The position numbers and the translations under genes were made by a program. Of a stretch of 64,000 nucleotides of DNA, positions 47,544-57,078 are shown piece after piece. Origin of the DNA: a virus. A model generated the notes under the pieces. That model saw only the letters and a list, made by a program, of their open reading frames with translations. It was not told where the DNA came from and did not search any database. Each line of letters starts with the position of its first letter. The stretch's first letter is position 1. The stretch lies in IMG/VR virus record IMGVR_UViG_3300047476_000521, positions 32,001-96,000 of that record. The stretch is one strand, 5' to 3'.

Positions 47544-50111
47544 ATGGCTTTCCAATTAAGTCCAGGTGTAAATGTCTCTGAAATCGACCTAACTACAGTG
47601 GTTCCATCAGTCGCTACTAGCGACGGTGCTATCGCTGGCGTATTCCGTTGGGGTCCAGTAGGAGAGAGAATTCTAGTAGACACTGAGAATAGTCTCGTTT
47701 CTAGATTTGGTAAACCAACAAACTTCAACGCCGAGACATGGTTCTCAGCAGCCAACTTCCTATCTTACGCTAATCGCCTATATGTAGCACGTGCTGCTGA
47801 CACTTCAGGCGCAACTCCATTTGTTTCAGCAAACGCTGCAGGTGGTGCAAATAGCATTCTAAACGTTGGCGATACATCAGCCATTACAGTTGGTATGTAT
47901 GTAACTCAAGTAGGAAACAATAGCGTTCTTACTGGTAACGTAGCTTCGTTCATAGTTGTTTCAAAGAATTCTTCACATATTGTGATGAACAAGAACACAG
48001 CTTCTTCATTCACTAACGTAAATTTCTATTTCGGGCGTCCTGAAACAGTATATACTGCTGTTGGATTTGATCCTTCAAACACTGTAGCCAAGGCAGCTAA
48101 CCTTGTTAATCAGATTGTTAAGAACGAAACTCATTATGCTCAGAAAGATGGAACTTTCGATACAGACGTTGTTTATGTTGCTAAGTTCCCAGGTGCAATT
48201 GGTAACTCTCTAAGAGTTGCAGTTTGCGATAACGCTGATAGCTTCAATTCTGCAATTCCTCTATTCGGCGCTAACACTGCTGGTTCTGGTATTACTGCTA
48301 ACGCTGTTATGGAATTCAGAGTTGGTTCTAACGTAGCTACCATGAAGGTATTAGGTTCAACTAACGCTGTTACAAACTCAGTAATCTCAAAGATTGCTGT
48401 TGGCGATCAGATTCTTGCTGGTAATAGCACTCTTGGTGTTCAGTATCTACAGGTTAGATCTTCGACTATCGCTGCTAATACTACTGCAGTCACCACTTTC
48501 GTAGGAAACACTGCAGTAAATAGCAACATTAACTTTATTTCTGTTCCAAGTAATCCATTTACTAATGGCGATATTGTTGTGTATGCTAACAGTGCTGGTG
48601 AATCAGAAGTTAACGGTCTGCTTAACGGTACAAGTTATCATGTTATTCAAGCTAACTCTAGCGGCCTAAAGCTTTCTAATAATCCTTTTGGAACTGAAAT
48701 TGATCTTGTTGCAACTCCAGGTTCCAACTCAGTTCTAACAGCTAACTATCGTGTTCTATCAGTTCAATTCGAAGACCCATATAGACTTCGTGAAAACTAT
48801 ACAACTCAGACAGTTGACCGTTATTGGGAATTCTTTAATGTTGTAGAAACTGCACCAGGTCAGTCTAACTATGTCCTATTCAACGGTAATACTGCTGCAA
48901 GCGACGAGCTTCATGTTGTAGTAGTTGACGATGGTGGCGCATTTACTGGAACCCCAGGAACTGTCCTAGAAGTTTACAAGGGCGTTTCAAGAGCAACAGA
49001 CGCAAAGAATGCTGATAATTCCCTTAACTATTATAAGGACGTTATTAATCAGAGTTCTGAATATATTTGGTGGGCTAATGATCGTGGCACTGCTCCTTCT
49101 GCCAACTCACTAAATCTTATTTCTGCAACTTCTACTGCTCCTGCAAGCATTCAGTTGCAGCTAGGCGCTGATGGTAGAAACGAAAACGACGCTTCGCTAG
49201 GTATTCTTGGCGCTGCATACGACTTGTTCGCATCACCAGAAGATATTGACATTTCTCTAGTTCTACAGGGCAAGCCAGTTGGTGGTTCTACTGCAATCAA
49301 CGGAAGAACTGTTCAGAACTTCCAGCTAGCTAATTATATCATCGAAAACATCTGCGAAAGAAGAAGAGATTGCGTTGCTCTTATTTCACCAGATAAGTCT
49401 CTAGTTCTAAACAACGTTGGAAACGAGACAACTGACCTAAGAGCATGGAGAGGAGCTATCACTAGCACTTCTTACGCTGTTCTTGATTCAGGTTGGAAGT
49501 ATCAGTACGATCGTTATAACGATCTTTATCGTTGGGTACCACTAAACGGCGACATCGCTGGTATCTGCGTAAGAACAGATAACACTAATGACGCTTGGTG
49601 GTCACCAGCTGGTTTCAACCGTGGTCAGATCAAGAACCTAGTTAAGCTAGCATGGAATCCACGCAAGGCTGAAAGAGATGTTCTATACAGCAACGGTATT
49701 AACCCAGTTGTTACTTTCCCAGGTCAGGGAACTATCCTCTTCGGAGATAAGACCCTACAGGCTAAACCATCTGCCTTTGATCGTATTAACGTTCGTAGAT
49801 TGTTTATCGTTCTTGAGAAAGCAATTTCAGTTGCTGCTAAGTATCAGTTGTTCGAATTCAACGATGCGTTTACAAGAGCACAGTTCCGTAATCTTGTAAT
49901 CCCATATCTACGCACCATTCAGGGCCGTCGTGGTATTACTGATTTCCATGTTGTTTGTGACGATACTAACAATACTCAGCAGATTATTGATAGTAACCAG
50001 TTTGTCGGAGATATCTATATCAAACCTGCGAGAAGCATCAACTTTATCCAGCTTAACTTCGTAGCTGTTCCTTCTGGAGTACAGTTCTCTGAAGTTATCG
50101 GAAAGTTTTAA
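47544..50111 (+). CDS. gp18: Tail sheath protein gp18 (enlarged by insertions)
   Basis: FQLSPGV.V.EIDLT; F.WGP; WWSPAG.NRG; SAFDRINVRRLF; IKPARSINFI.LNFVA. Confidence 0.97.
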   Translation: MAFQLSPGVNVSEIDLTTVVPSVATSDGAIAGVFRWGPVGERILVDTENSLVSRFGKPTNFNAETWFSAANFLSYANRLYVARAADTSGATPFVSANAAGGANSILNVGDTSAITVGMYVTQVGNNSVLTGNVASFIVVSKNSSHIVMNKNTASSFTNVNFYFGRPETVYTAVGFDPSNTVAKAANLVNQIVKNETHYAQKDGTFDTDVVYVAKFPGAIGNSLRVAVCDNADSFNSAIPLFGANTAGSGITANAVMEFRVGSNVATMKVLGSTNAVTNSVISKIAVGDQILAGNSTLGVQYLQVRSSTIAANTTAVTTFVGNTAVNSNINFISVPSNPFTNGDIVVYANSAGESEVNGLLNGTSYHVIQANSSGLKLSNNPFGTEIDLVATPGSNSVLTANYRVLSVQFEDPYRLRENYTTQTVDRYWEFFNVVETAPGQSNYVLFNGNTAASDELHVVVVDDGGAFTGTPGTVLEVYKGVSRATDAKNADNSLNYYKDVINQSSEYIWWANDRGTAPSANSLNLISATSTAPASIQLQLGADGRNENDASLGILGAAYDLFASPEDIDISLVLQGKPVGGSTAINGRTVQNFQLANYIIENICERRRDCVALISPDKSLVLNNVGNETTDLRAWRGAITSTSYAVLDSGWKYQYDRYNDLYRWVPLNGDIAGICVRTDNTNDAWWSPAGFNRGQIKNLVKLAWNPRKAERDVLYSNGINPVVTFPGQGTILFGDKTLQAKPSAFDRINVRRLFIVLEKAISVAAKYQLFEFNDAFTRAQFRNLVIPYLRTIQGRRGITDFHVVCDDTNNTQQIIDSNQFVGDIYIKPARSINFIQLNFVAVPSGVQFSEVIGKF

Positions 50112-50117
50112 TAAATA
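50110..50117 (+). promoter_or_regulatory. Late promoter variant (AATAAATA) for gp19
   Basis: Overlaps the gp18 stop; AAGGAG SD follows. Confidence 0.6.
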
Positions 50118-50143
50118 ATAAAAATCTCAAAGGAGTAACATAG

Positions 50144-50755
50144 ATGCCTTTTAATATTAACTCTTTCAAAGCAAACGGAATGCAGTGGGGCGGAGCTCGC
50201 CCTGCTCTATTCCAGGTACAAGTAACTCCACCTCCAACACTTCCGCTAAATCCGGAAGCATTCAGAAAGTTGGTATTTACTTGTAGAGCAGCGGAATTAC
50301 CAGAGTCAACAATTACTAATATTGAAATTCCATATTTCGGTCGTAGAATTAAGGTTGCTGGCGAAAGAACTTTTGCTGATTGGTCAATCACAATAATGAA
50401 CGACGAAGACTTCTCAGTTCGTTCTATGTTTGAAGCTTGGCACAACGCTATCAATACTATGCAGACTAACGTTCGTCTACCAGAAGCTGCTTTTGAACAA
50501 TATAAAGCATTTGCTGTTGACGTAACTCAGTTCAGTAAGGACGGCGAAATTCTTCGTGTTTATCAGCTAGTCGGCGCTTTCCCAACACAGGTAAGCGGTA
50601 TCGGTCTTGGCTGGGATACTCAGAATGCTATTGAAGAGTTCACAGTTAACTTTTCATATGATTATTGGTTACCAGTTGACGAAGGTACTACAGTCAAGAC
50701 TTCTGGAAAGATTACTCCATATCTTGGCTTGACCAATACTGGTCCGCAGGAATAA
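50144..50755 (+). CDS. gp19: Tail tube protein gp19
   Basis: GGARP.LF.V; C.AA.LP.S; YFGR.IK.AG.RTF.DW.IT..NDEDF; IEEF.V.F.YDYW. Confidence 0.96.
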   Translation: MPFNINSFKANGMQWGGARPALFQVQVTPPPTLPLNPEAFRKLVFTCRAAELPESTITNIEIPYFGRRIKVAGERTFADWSITIMNDEDFSVRSMFEAWHNAINTMQTNVRLPEAAFEQYKAFAVDVTQFSKDGEILRVYQLVGAFPTQVSGIGLGWDTQNAIEEFTVNFSYDYWLPVDEGTTVKTSGKITPYLGLTNTGPQE

Positions 50756-50776
50756 TCTAAATACACTATATTATTT

Positions 50777-50796
50777 GGAGGGAGGAAACTCCCTCC
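50777..50796 (+). other. 8-bp GAAA-tetraloop hairpin between gp19 and gp20
   Basis: GGAGGGAG-GAAA-CTCCCTCC with no U-tract; downstream of TCTAAATA (50756-50763). Confidence 0.75.
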
Positions 50797-50813
50797 TACA
50801 CTTGGAGAAATAA

Positions 50814-52646
50814 ATGGCAGAATTATTCGGCTTCGAATTCAGAAAAAAACGCCCAGAACCAGAATTACCTTCGTTTGCTCCAGAGAGAGATTCAGACGAC
50901 GGAGCAGTTGTCGTTTCAGCAGGAGGTGCGTTTGGCACGTATGTTGATCTTGATGGTACAGTAAGATCAGAAGCTGAGCTAGTTACAAAATATCGTGAGA
51001 TGTCACTACAACCAGAATGCGATGCTGCTGTTGATGAAATTGTAAACGAATCTATTGCTATAGACGAAGAACACGTTGTAAAGATCAATCTTGAAGATCT
51101 AAAAGTAAACGATAATATTAAGAAGGCTATTCGTGAAGAATTTCAGAATTGTTTAAATATTCTTGAATTTAACAAATATGCTTACGAAATTTATCGTCGT
51201 TGGTATATTGATGGTCGTTTATATTATCATGTAATCATTGATGACAAGAACCCATCAGCAGGTATTAAAGAAGTAAGATACGTCGACCCACGTAAGATTC
51301 GTAAAGTCCGTGAGGTCCAAAAGAAAAAGATTCAAGCAAACAATCCAGGCGATGCAGTTGTTACTAAAACTGTTAATGAATATTTTATCTTCAACGATAA
51401 AGGTTTTAACTTTGGTAATAAAGCAGTGGGACCATCAACTACAGGTCTAAAGATCGCTAGGGATTCTATTCTACACGTTGTGTCAGGTCTAACAGACAAT
51501 CAAGGCACAATGGTTCTTTCCTATCTTCATAAAGCTATTAAGCCTCTCAATCAATTAAGAACATTAGAAGACGCTCTAGTTATCTATCGTCTTGCTCGTG
51601 CACCAGAACGTCGTATTTGGTATATTGACGTTGGTAATCTTCCTAAGATGAAGGCCGAGCAGTATGTTCGTGACATTATGGTAAAGCATAAGAACCGTTT
51701 AATTTATGACGCCCAAACAGGCGACATCAGAGATGACCGCAAGTTCATGACTATGTTAGAAGACTATTGGCTTCCTCGTCGCGAAGGTGGTAGAGGTACG
51801 GAGGTTACTACCCTACCAGGCGGTCAGACACTAGGACAGATGGATGACGTTTTGTATTTCCAGAAGAAATTCTTAAACTCTCTAAACGTCCCAGTGTCAA
51901 GATTAAATTCCGATGCTCTATTCTCAGTTGGTAGAGCTACTGAAATTACTAGAGACGAATTAAAGTTTACTAAGTTCACAACAAGACTAAGAAACAGATT
52001 CGCTCATCTCTTCAGTAAAATGTTAGAAAAACAATTAGTGCTGAAGGGTATTTGCACTTTAGAAGATTGGAAATTATTTTCCGATAATATTCGTTTTGAT
52101 TTCTCTAAGGATAATTACTTCACTGAACTTAAAGATTCTGAAATTCTTGAAGGTAGAATTAATCAAGCTAGAAACGTTCAAGATATGATTGGTAAATATT
52201 ATTCTCACGATTGGGTTCGTAAAAACGTTCTCCGACAGTCAGATGAAGATATTATCAATAACGATAAGAATATTAAGATCGAGAATAAACTTTCGGAGCA
52301 AGGCGATTATAGATGGGTCAACCCAACTGTAATAAACAATGAAATGTTACTACAACAAGCCGAAGCTCAAATGCAACAACAGCAAGAAGCATTGCAACAG
52401 CAGCAACAACAACTTCAACCTGGTACAGAAGGTTCTACTGAATCTGATCCTGAAATGGCTCAGAAAATGGAACAAGTACGTAATGCTCAAATCATCGTAG
52501 ACCAGATGAAGAAAATGCCAAAAGCTAATAGAACTATGGCCGACGAAGCCAAGTATAAAGCAGCAGTGCAAATAATTGCTAAAAATCCAGATTTAGTAAG
52601 CAGAGCGCAAGCAGGTGGCGCTCCGCAACCAACTCAACAACAATAA
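50814..52646 (+). CDS. gp20: Portal protein gp20
   Basis: LFGF; WYIDGR.YYH; YRLARAPERR.WYIDVGNLPK.KAEQY; EDYWLPRREGGRGTE.TTLPGG; Q-rich tail. Confidence 0.97.
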   Translation: MAELFGFEFRKKRPEPELPSFAPERDSDDGAVVVSAGGAFGTYVDLDGTVRSEAELVTKYREMSLQPECDAAVDEIVNESIAIDEEHVVKINLEDLKVNDNIKKAIREEFQNCLNILEFNKYAYEIYRRWYIDGRLYYHVIIDDKNPSAGIKEVRYVDPRKIRKVREVQKKKIQANNPGDAVVTKTVNEYFIFNDKGFNFGNKAVGPSTTGLKIARDSILHVVSGLTDNQGTMVLSYLHKAIKPLNQLRTLEDALVIYRLARAPERRIWYIDVGNLPKMKAEQYVRDIMVKHKNRLIYDAQTGDIRDDRKFMTMLEDYWLPRREGGRGTEVTTLPGGQTLGQMDDVLYFQKKFLNSLNVPVSRLNSDALFSVGRATEITRDELKFTKFTTRLRNRFAHLFSKMLEKQLVLKGICTLEDWKLFSDNIRFDFSKDNYFTELKDSEILEGRINQARNVQDMIGKYYSHDWVRKNVLRQSDEDIINNDKNIKIENKLSEQGDYRWVNPTVINNEMLLQQAEAQMQQQQEALQQQQQQLQPGTEGSTESDPEMAQKMEQVRNAQIIVDQMKKMPKANRTMADEAKYKAAVQIIAKNPDLVSRAQAGGAPQPTQQQ

Positions 52647-52655
52647 GGTGTTATT

Positions 52656-52871
52656 ATGACAGATCATAAATATGAAATGACAGATTTAGTTGTAGCTGCT
52701 CTAGAGCAAAAGCCAACAGATTTCGAGGCTGCGTTCAATGATTTGATTATTGATCGCATCTCAGCAGCTATAGAAGATAAAAAAATTGCTGTTGCTCAGC
52801 AAATGTATGGTTACAATTCTGAAGAAGAAATAGATAACTCAGAGGAAGAGGATTATGGCGAAGAGTCTTAA
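52656..52871 (+). CDS. Small acidic prohead core protein (gp67-like)
   Basis: 71 aa, acidic, helical; immediately after the portal gene. Confidence 0.6.
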   Translation: MTDHKYEMTDLVVAALEQKPTDFEAAFNDLIIDRISAAIEDKKIAVAQQMYGYNSEEEIDNSEEEDYGEES

Positions 52872-53451
52872 AGATATTTTAGCTGGTCAGAAGAAAAGCA
52901 AAGTTTCTCCGCCAGACATCGACGATAAAAACCTTTATCAGTGGAATGGTCCTGATGGTGTAAAGTTCATCAAGAAGCATGAAATTGAAACTCATGATTA
53001 TCCTCATGATGCTGAAGCTGCGTTCAAGGGTAAGAAGGGCGGGTCAGAAAAAACTACGAAGTATAAGTTCCAGAAAGATGGAGTTTATGAAGCCTCTTGT
53101 AATCAAACAAACGAAGGCGTAATGTGCGAAGTTCATGGTGAAGCTGCCTGTCCTACTGGTACAGAACCAAAGGATATGAAAAAGGGTAAGAAGGTTCTTC
53201 TTGATAAGAAAATTAAAGAAGAAGCTATTAACGAAGTAGCTCCAAAAAACCCAAAGATTGAAAAGTGGATTAAGTCCAACAAAGAACGTTTCGTAAAAGA
53301 ATACGGTAAAGAAAAAGGCATGCAGGTTCTTTATGCTAAGGCATGGAAGATGCATGGTCAGTCAGAGTCAGGAACAGCAACTAATACAGATTATACTGGA
53401 CCAGGCGCTGCAGGATATACTACTGGTAGATTAGATGTGGGGACTCTATAA
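52855..53451 (+). CDS. Prohead core/internal head protein
   Basis: K/E-rich; KF.KKH.I...DYP and F.K.YG......LYA.AWK motifs; between gp20 and gp21. Confidence 0.6.
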   Translation: MAKSLKDILAGQKKSKVSPPDIDDKNLYQWNGPDGVKFIKKHEIETHDYPHDAEAAFKGKKGGSEKTTKYKFQKDGVYEASCNQTNEGVMCEVHGEAACPTGTEPKDMKKGKKVLLDKKIKEEAINEVAPKNPKIEKWIKSNKERFVKEYGKEKGMQVLYAKAWKMHGQSESGTATNTDYTGPGAAGYTTGRLDVGTL

Positions 53452-53696
53452 TGTTTATTAAATTACTTGGCGCCGAAAGAGCAATCTCAACAGCAAACAA
53501 TTTTGGTAACACTGCAAATCTTTGTAGAGTTGTGAATCCAACTACTGCAGCTGTTTTAAACATCGCTTATGCTAACGGAGTTGTATACGCTAACACAACA
53601 GTTACAAATACAGCACCAATCTTTGTCGTTAAAGATTTAACAGACACACTTCAAGGAACTGGTATGTTAGCAACACCAGTCGCTTACAGAGGGTAA
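53451..53696 (+). CDS. Small beta-rich head-region protein (possible decoration protein)
   Basis: 81 aa; TAATG-coupled; ends LATPVAYRG; directly upstream of gp21. Confidence 0.65.
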   Translation: MFIKLLGAERAISTANNFGNTANLCRVVNPTTAAVLNIAYANGVVYANTTVTNTAPIFVVKDLTDTLQGTGMLATPVAYRG

Positions 53697-53697
53697 A

Positions 53698-54360
53698 ATG
53701 AAACTCATCGCCGAATTAACAGAAGATACACAATATATCACAGAGAGATCCGAAGACGGTAAGAAACATCATTACATTACTGGCCGCTTCATGACTGCTG
53801 AAGAAAAGAACAAGAATGGTAGACTATATAAGAAAGACATTCTTGAAAAAGAAGTAGAAAGATATCTCAGAGAAGTTGTAAAAGCAAAAAGAGCTTTCGG
53901 CGAACTAAATCATCCTGCTGGTCCGACAATTAATTTAGATCGCGTTTCTCACATCATCACAGAACTTAATTGGGATGGTAATTTTGTTAATGGTAAAGCC
54001 AAAATAACATCAACGCCTATGGGCGAAATTGCTCGTGGTCTCCTAGAATCAGGCGGACAGCTTGGCGTTTCTACTCGTGGTATGGGATCTTTGAAAGAAA
54101 GCAATGGAGTTATGGTTGTTCAACCAGACTTTAAACTTTCTACAGTTGATATCGTTTCCGACCCAAGCGGACCAGGTTGTTTTGTAAATGGTATTATGGA
54201 AAATGTTGATTGGATCTATGATCCAGTTCATAACACATGGCACGAAGAAAAACTTCATGAAACAAAGAAGTATATTCATACTCTATCAAAATCGCAGTTA
54301 GAAGAAAAGAAACTTGCTATTTTTGAAGAGTATTTATCATCCCTAACTCTAAAAGACTAA
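53698..54360 (+). CDS. gp21: Prohead protease gp21
   Basis: N.NGR.Y, RAFGELNHP, INLDRVSH, LGVSTRGMGSL, DIVSDPS. Confidence 0.96.
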   Translation: MKLIAELTEDTQYITERSEDGKKHHYITGRFMTAEEKNKNGRLYKKDILEKEVERYLREVVKAKRAFGELNHPAGPTINLDRVSHIITELNWDGNFVNGKAKITSTPMGEIARGLLESGGQLGVSTRGMGSLKESNGVMVVQPDFKLSTVDIVSDPSGPGCFVNGIMENVDWIYDPVHNTWHEEKLHETKKYIHTLSKSQLEEKKLAIFEEYLSSLTLKD

Positions 54361-54364
54361 TTAA

Positions 54365-54372
54365 TATAAATA
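54365..54372 (+). promoter_or_regulatory. Late promoter for gp22
   Basis: Exact TATAAATA, intergenic. Confidence 0.85.
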
Positions 54373-54403
54373 TAATAAATTTCTAAAATAGGAGACTATT
54401 TAA

Positions 54404-55564
54404 ATGGCTAATAACGAACACGACCTCGAGGACTTTGTTGAACTAGAAGATATTGCTGTATCTGAAGCAAAGCACGAAGAGGAAGAAGAAGAGGAAGAAG
54501 ACGAAGAGTCTTCTAAGAAGATGAAGAAGAAAAAGCACGAAAAGAAAGATGATGTTTCAGAAGAAACTCTTGCTGCTTCATCACTACATCCAAAGGCACG
54601 TTCATCAGACCCAATGTCAAAGCTTGGCGCTATGCATGGTGTTATGAATGTAATGGCCGGAATGGGTAAGTCAGATCTTATCAATTTCTTCAATCAGGTT
54701 CAGTCTCAGTTTGGTCCAGGTAAGGATTATGGCGTTGGCGATAAGTCAGCCGCTAATCAGTCAACTCTTGACATGAAGCCTTCCGATGCTACTGGTAAGT
54801 CTGCACCAAAGACTCGTGACGCTATGCCTAAGCTAAACGTCAAGGAAGACATTGAAGAAATGTTCAATGGTCAGGATCTTTCAGAAGAATTTAAGGATAA
54901 TGTTGCTACTCTATTCGAAGCAGCTGTTTCCGCAAGAATGGTTGCTGAAACTGCTCGTCTTGAAGAAGCATATGAAGAAGCACTACAGGAAGAAATTGCA
55001 AACTTCGGCGAAGAACTAACATCAAAGCTCGACACATATCTCGATTATGTTGTTGAAAACTGGATGAAGGAAAACGAAGTAGCTATTGAATCAACCCTAC
55101 GCAATGAACTCGCAGAAGAGTTCATGGAAGGATTGAAGAACCTATTCGCTGAGCACTATATTAGTGTACCAGAAGAAAAGGTCGATGTTCTAGAAGCAAT
55201 GGCTGAAAAGGTTGCTGCCCTAGAAGAAAAACTTGATGAAACTATTACTGAGAACTTTGAGCTAAAGAGCCTTGCTGCTGAGAACGAAAGACAGGACATT
55301 GTTGAAAGTCTTGCTTCCGATCTAGCATTGACACAGCAGGAAAAGTTCGCTGCTCTTGTTGAAGGTATCGAGTTTGATGGTGATCTTGACACTTATGCTA
55401 AGAAGCTAATGATTGTCAAAGAAAACTATTTTAAGGTTGAATCAACTTCGCATTCTTCAAACATTGAAGAAGAAACTTTTGAAGGAGAAGTAAGCGAAAC
55501 TAAGAACGTCGACCCAACAGTAGGACGTTATCTAGCCGCTATCTCCAGAACAGTTAAAAAGTAA
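54404..55564 (+). CDS. gp22: Prohead scaffolding protein gp22
   Basis: LSEEFK....TLFEAAV; D.YLDYVVE.WM.ENEVAIE..L..E..E.F..GLK.LF.EHYI.VPEEK.DV. Confidence 0.95.
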   Translation: MANNEHDLEDFVELEDIAVSEAKHEEEEEEEEDEESSKKMKKKKHEKKDDVSEETLAASSLHPKARSSDPMSKLGAMHGVMNVMAGMGKSDLINFFNQVQSQFGPGKDYGVGDKSAANQSTLDMKPSDATGKSAPKTRDAMPKLNVKEDIEEMFNGQDLSEEFKDNVATLFEAAVSARMVAETARLEEAYEEALQEEIANFGEELTSKLDTYLDYVVENWMKENEVAIESTLRNELAEEFMEGLKNLFAEHYISVPEEKVDVLEAMAEKVAALEEKLDETITENFELKSLAAENERQDIVESLASDLALTQQEKFAALVEGIEFDGDLDTYAKKLMIVKENYFKVESTSHSSNIEEETFEGEVSETKNVDPTVGRYLAAISRTVKK

Positions 55565-55569
55565 TTTAT

Positions 55570-55577
55570 TATAAATA
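55570..55577 (+). promoter_or_regulatory. Late promoter for gp23
   Basis: Exact TATAAATA, intergenic. Confidence 0.88.
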
Positions 55578-55611
55578 GATAAAGTATATTTTCTAGTAGA
55601 AAGGAAAACAA

Positions 55612-56988
55612 ATGTATCTAGCTGAGGAAATTCAAAACAAGTGGGCACCAGTCCTTGACCATGACGCTCTTGGCGCCATTAAGGATCAGCACCGCCGTTC
55701 AGTCACTGCAGTTATGCTCGAGAACACAGAGAAGGCTCTCCGTGAATCAGCAGCACACGGTGACTATCAGACACTAACAGAAACAAGTTCACTAGTTCCA
55801 TCTAACCTAATGGGCGCTTCAAGCTCCACTCAGGGTACTGGTGGTATCGATACTTTCGATCCAGTTCTTATTTCTCTAGTTCGTCGTGCAATGCCAAACC
55901 TAATGGCATACGACATCTGCGGCGTTCAGCCAATGACTGGACCAACTGGTCTTATCTTCGCAATGCGTTCACGTTATGCTAATACAACTAGCTATAACAA
56001 CGCTGGCGCAGAAACATTCTATAACGAAGTTAACACTCAGTTCTCTTCTGTTACATCTGGTGCTAACACCTTCGGTCAGAAGCATGTTGGTACTATCCCA
56101 GGTGCAACTAACACTTCACCACTAACAGCAGTCAACACCTATAACACTGGTGCTGCAATGGGTACTTTCCAGGCTGAAGCTCTTGGAACTGACTCAAACA
56201 CTGCTTTCCCACAGATGGCATTCTCAATTGAGAAGGTTACTGTTACAGCTAACACTCGTGCTCTAAAGGCAGAGTATACTATGGAACTAGCCCAGGATCT
56301 TAAGGCTATCCATGGTCTCGACGCTGAAACAGAACTAGCTAACATTCTTTCAGCAGAAATTCTAGCTGAAATCAACCGTGAAGTTGTTCGTACTATCAAC
56401 ATCACTGCTGAGGCTGGCGCTCAGGAAAACACAACTACTCCAGGCGTGTTCGATCTTGACACTGACTCAAACGGTCGTTGGTCAGTTGAAAAGTTCAAGG
56501 GTCTAATGTTCCAGCTAGAGCGTGAAGCTAACCAGATCGCCAAGCAGACTCGTCGTGGTAAGGGTAACATCGTTATCTGTTCTTCAGACGTTGCTTCTGC
56601 TCTACAGATGGCTGGTGTTCTTGACTACGCTCCTGCTCTTAATTCAAACAACCTACAGGTTGACGATACTGGAAATACTTTCGCTGGTATTCTAAATGGT
56701 CGTCTACGTGTTTATATCGATCCATACGCTCTTGGCGGAAACTATCTAACTGTTGGTTATAAGGGTTCATCAGCTTTCGACGCTGGTCTATTCTATTGCC
56801 CATACGTTCCACTACAGATGGTTCGTGCAGTTGATCAGTCAAGCTTCCAGCCAAAGATCGGCTTTAAGACTCGTTACGGCATGGTCGCAAACCCATTCGC
56901 TGAAGGTCTTACACAGGGCTTTGGTCGTTCTAACGTTATTAGCACTAACAAGTACTATCGTAGAGTTATTGTTACTAACCTTATGTAA
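55612..56988 (+). CDS. gp23: Major capsid protein gp23
   Basis: KW.PVL; DPVLISLVRRAMPNL.AYD.CGVQPM.GPTGLIFAMRSRY; RALKAEYT.ELAQDLKAIHGLDAE; FQPKIGFKTRYG. Confidence 0.98.
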   Translation: MYLAEEIQNKWAPVLDHDALGAIKDQHRRSVTAVMLENTEKALRESAAHGDYQTLTETSSLVPSNLMGASSSTQGTGGIDTFDPVLISLVRRAMPNLMAYDICGVQPMTGPTGLIFAMRSRYANTTSYNNAGAETFYNEVNTQFSSVTSGANTFGQKHVGTIPGATNTSPLTAVNTYNTGAAMGTFQAEALGTDSNTAFPQMAFSIEKVTVTANTRALKAEYTMELAQDLKAIHGLDAETELANILSAEILAEINREVVRTINITAEAGAQENTTTPGVFDLDTDSNGRWSVEKFKGLMFQLEREANQIAKQTRRGKGNIVICSSDVASALQMAGVLDYAPALNSNNLQVDDTGNTFAGILNGRLRVYIDPYALGGNYLTVGYKGSSAFDAGLFYCPYVPLQMVRAVDQSSFQPKIGFKTRYGMVANPFAEGLTQGFGRSNVISTNKYYRRVIVTNLM

Positions 56989-57023
56989 TTTGTTTTCGGA
57001 CGAAGAGCCGAAAACTAGAAACT

Positions 57024-57051
57024 GGGGCGGTCTTCGGATCGCCCCTTTTTT
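57024..57051 (+). terminator. Rho-independent terminator after gp23
   Basis: GGGGCGGTC-TTCG-GATCGCCCC followed by T6; C(UUCG)G tetraloop typical of T4-like terminators. Confidence 0.92.
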
Positions 57052-57053
57052 CA

Positions 57054-57061
57054 TATAAATA
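57054..57061 (+). promoter_or_regulatory. Late promoter for gp3
   Basis: Exact TATAAATA right after the terminator; AAGGAG SD follows. Confidence 0.85.
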
Positions 57062-57078
57062 GTTGAAAAGGAGTTAAC

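Noticed and set aside
54476-54548. GAA/AAG-rich low-complexity run at the start of gp22
   Set aside because: It encodes the poly-Glu/poly-Lys tract typical of scaffold N-termini, not a separate repeat element.
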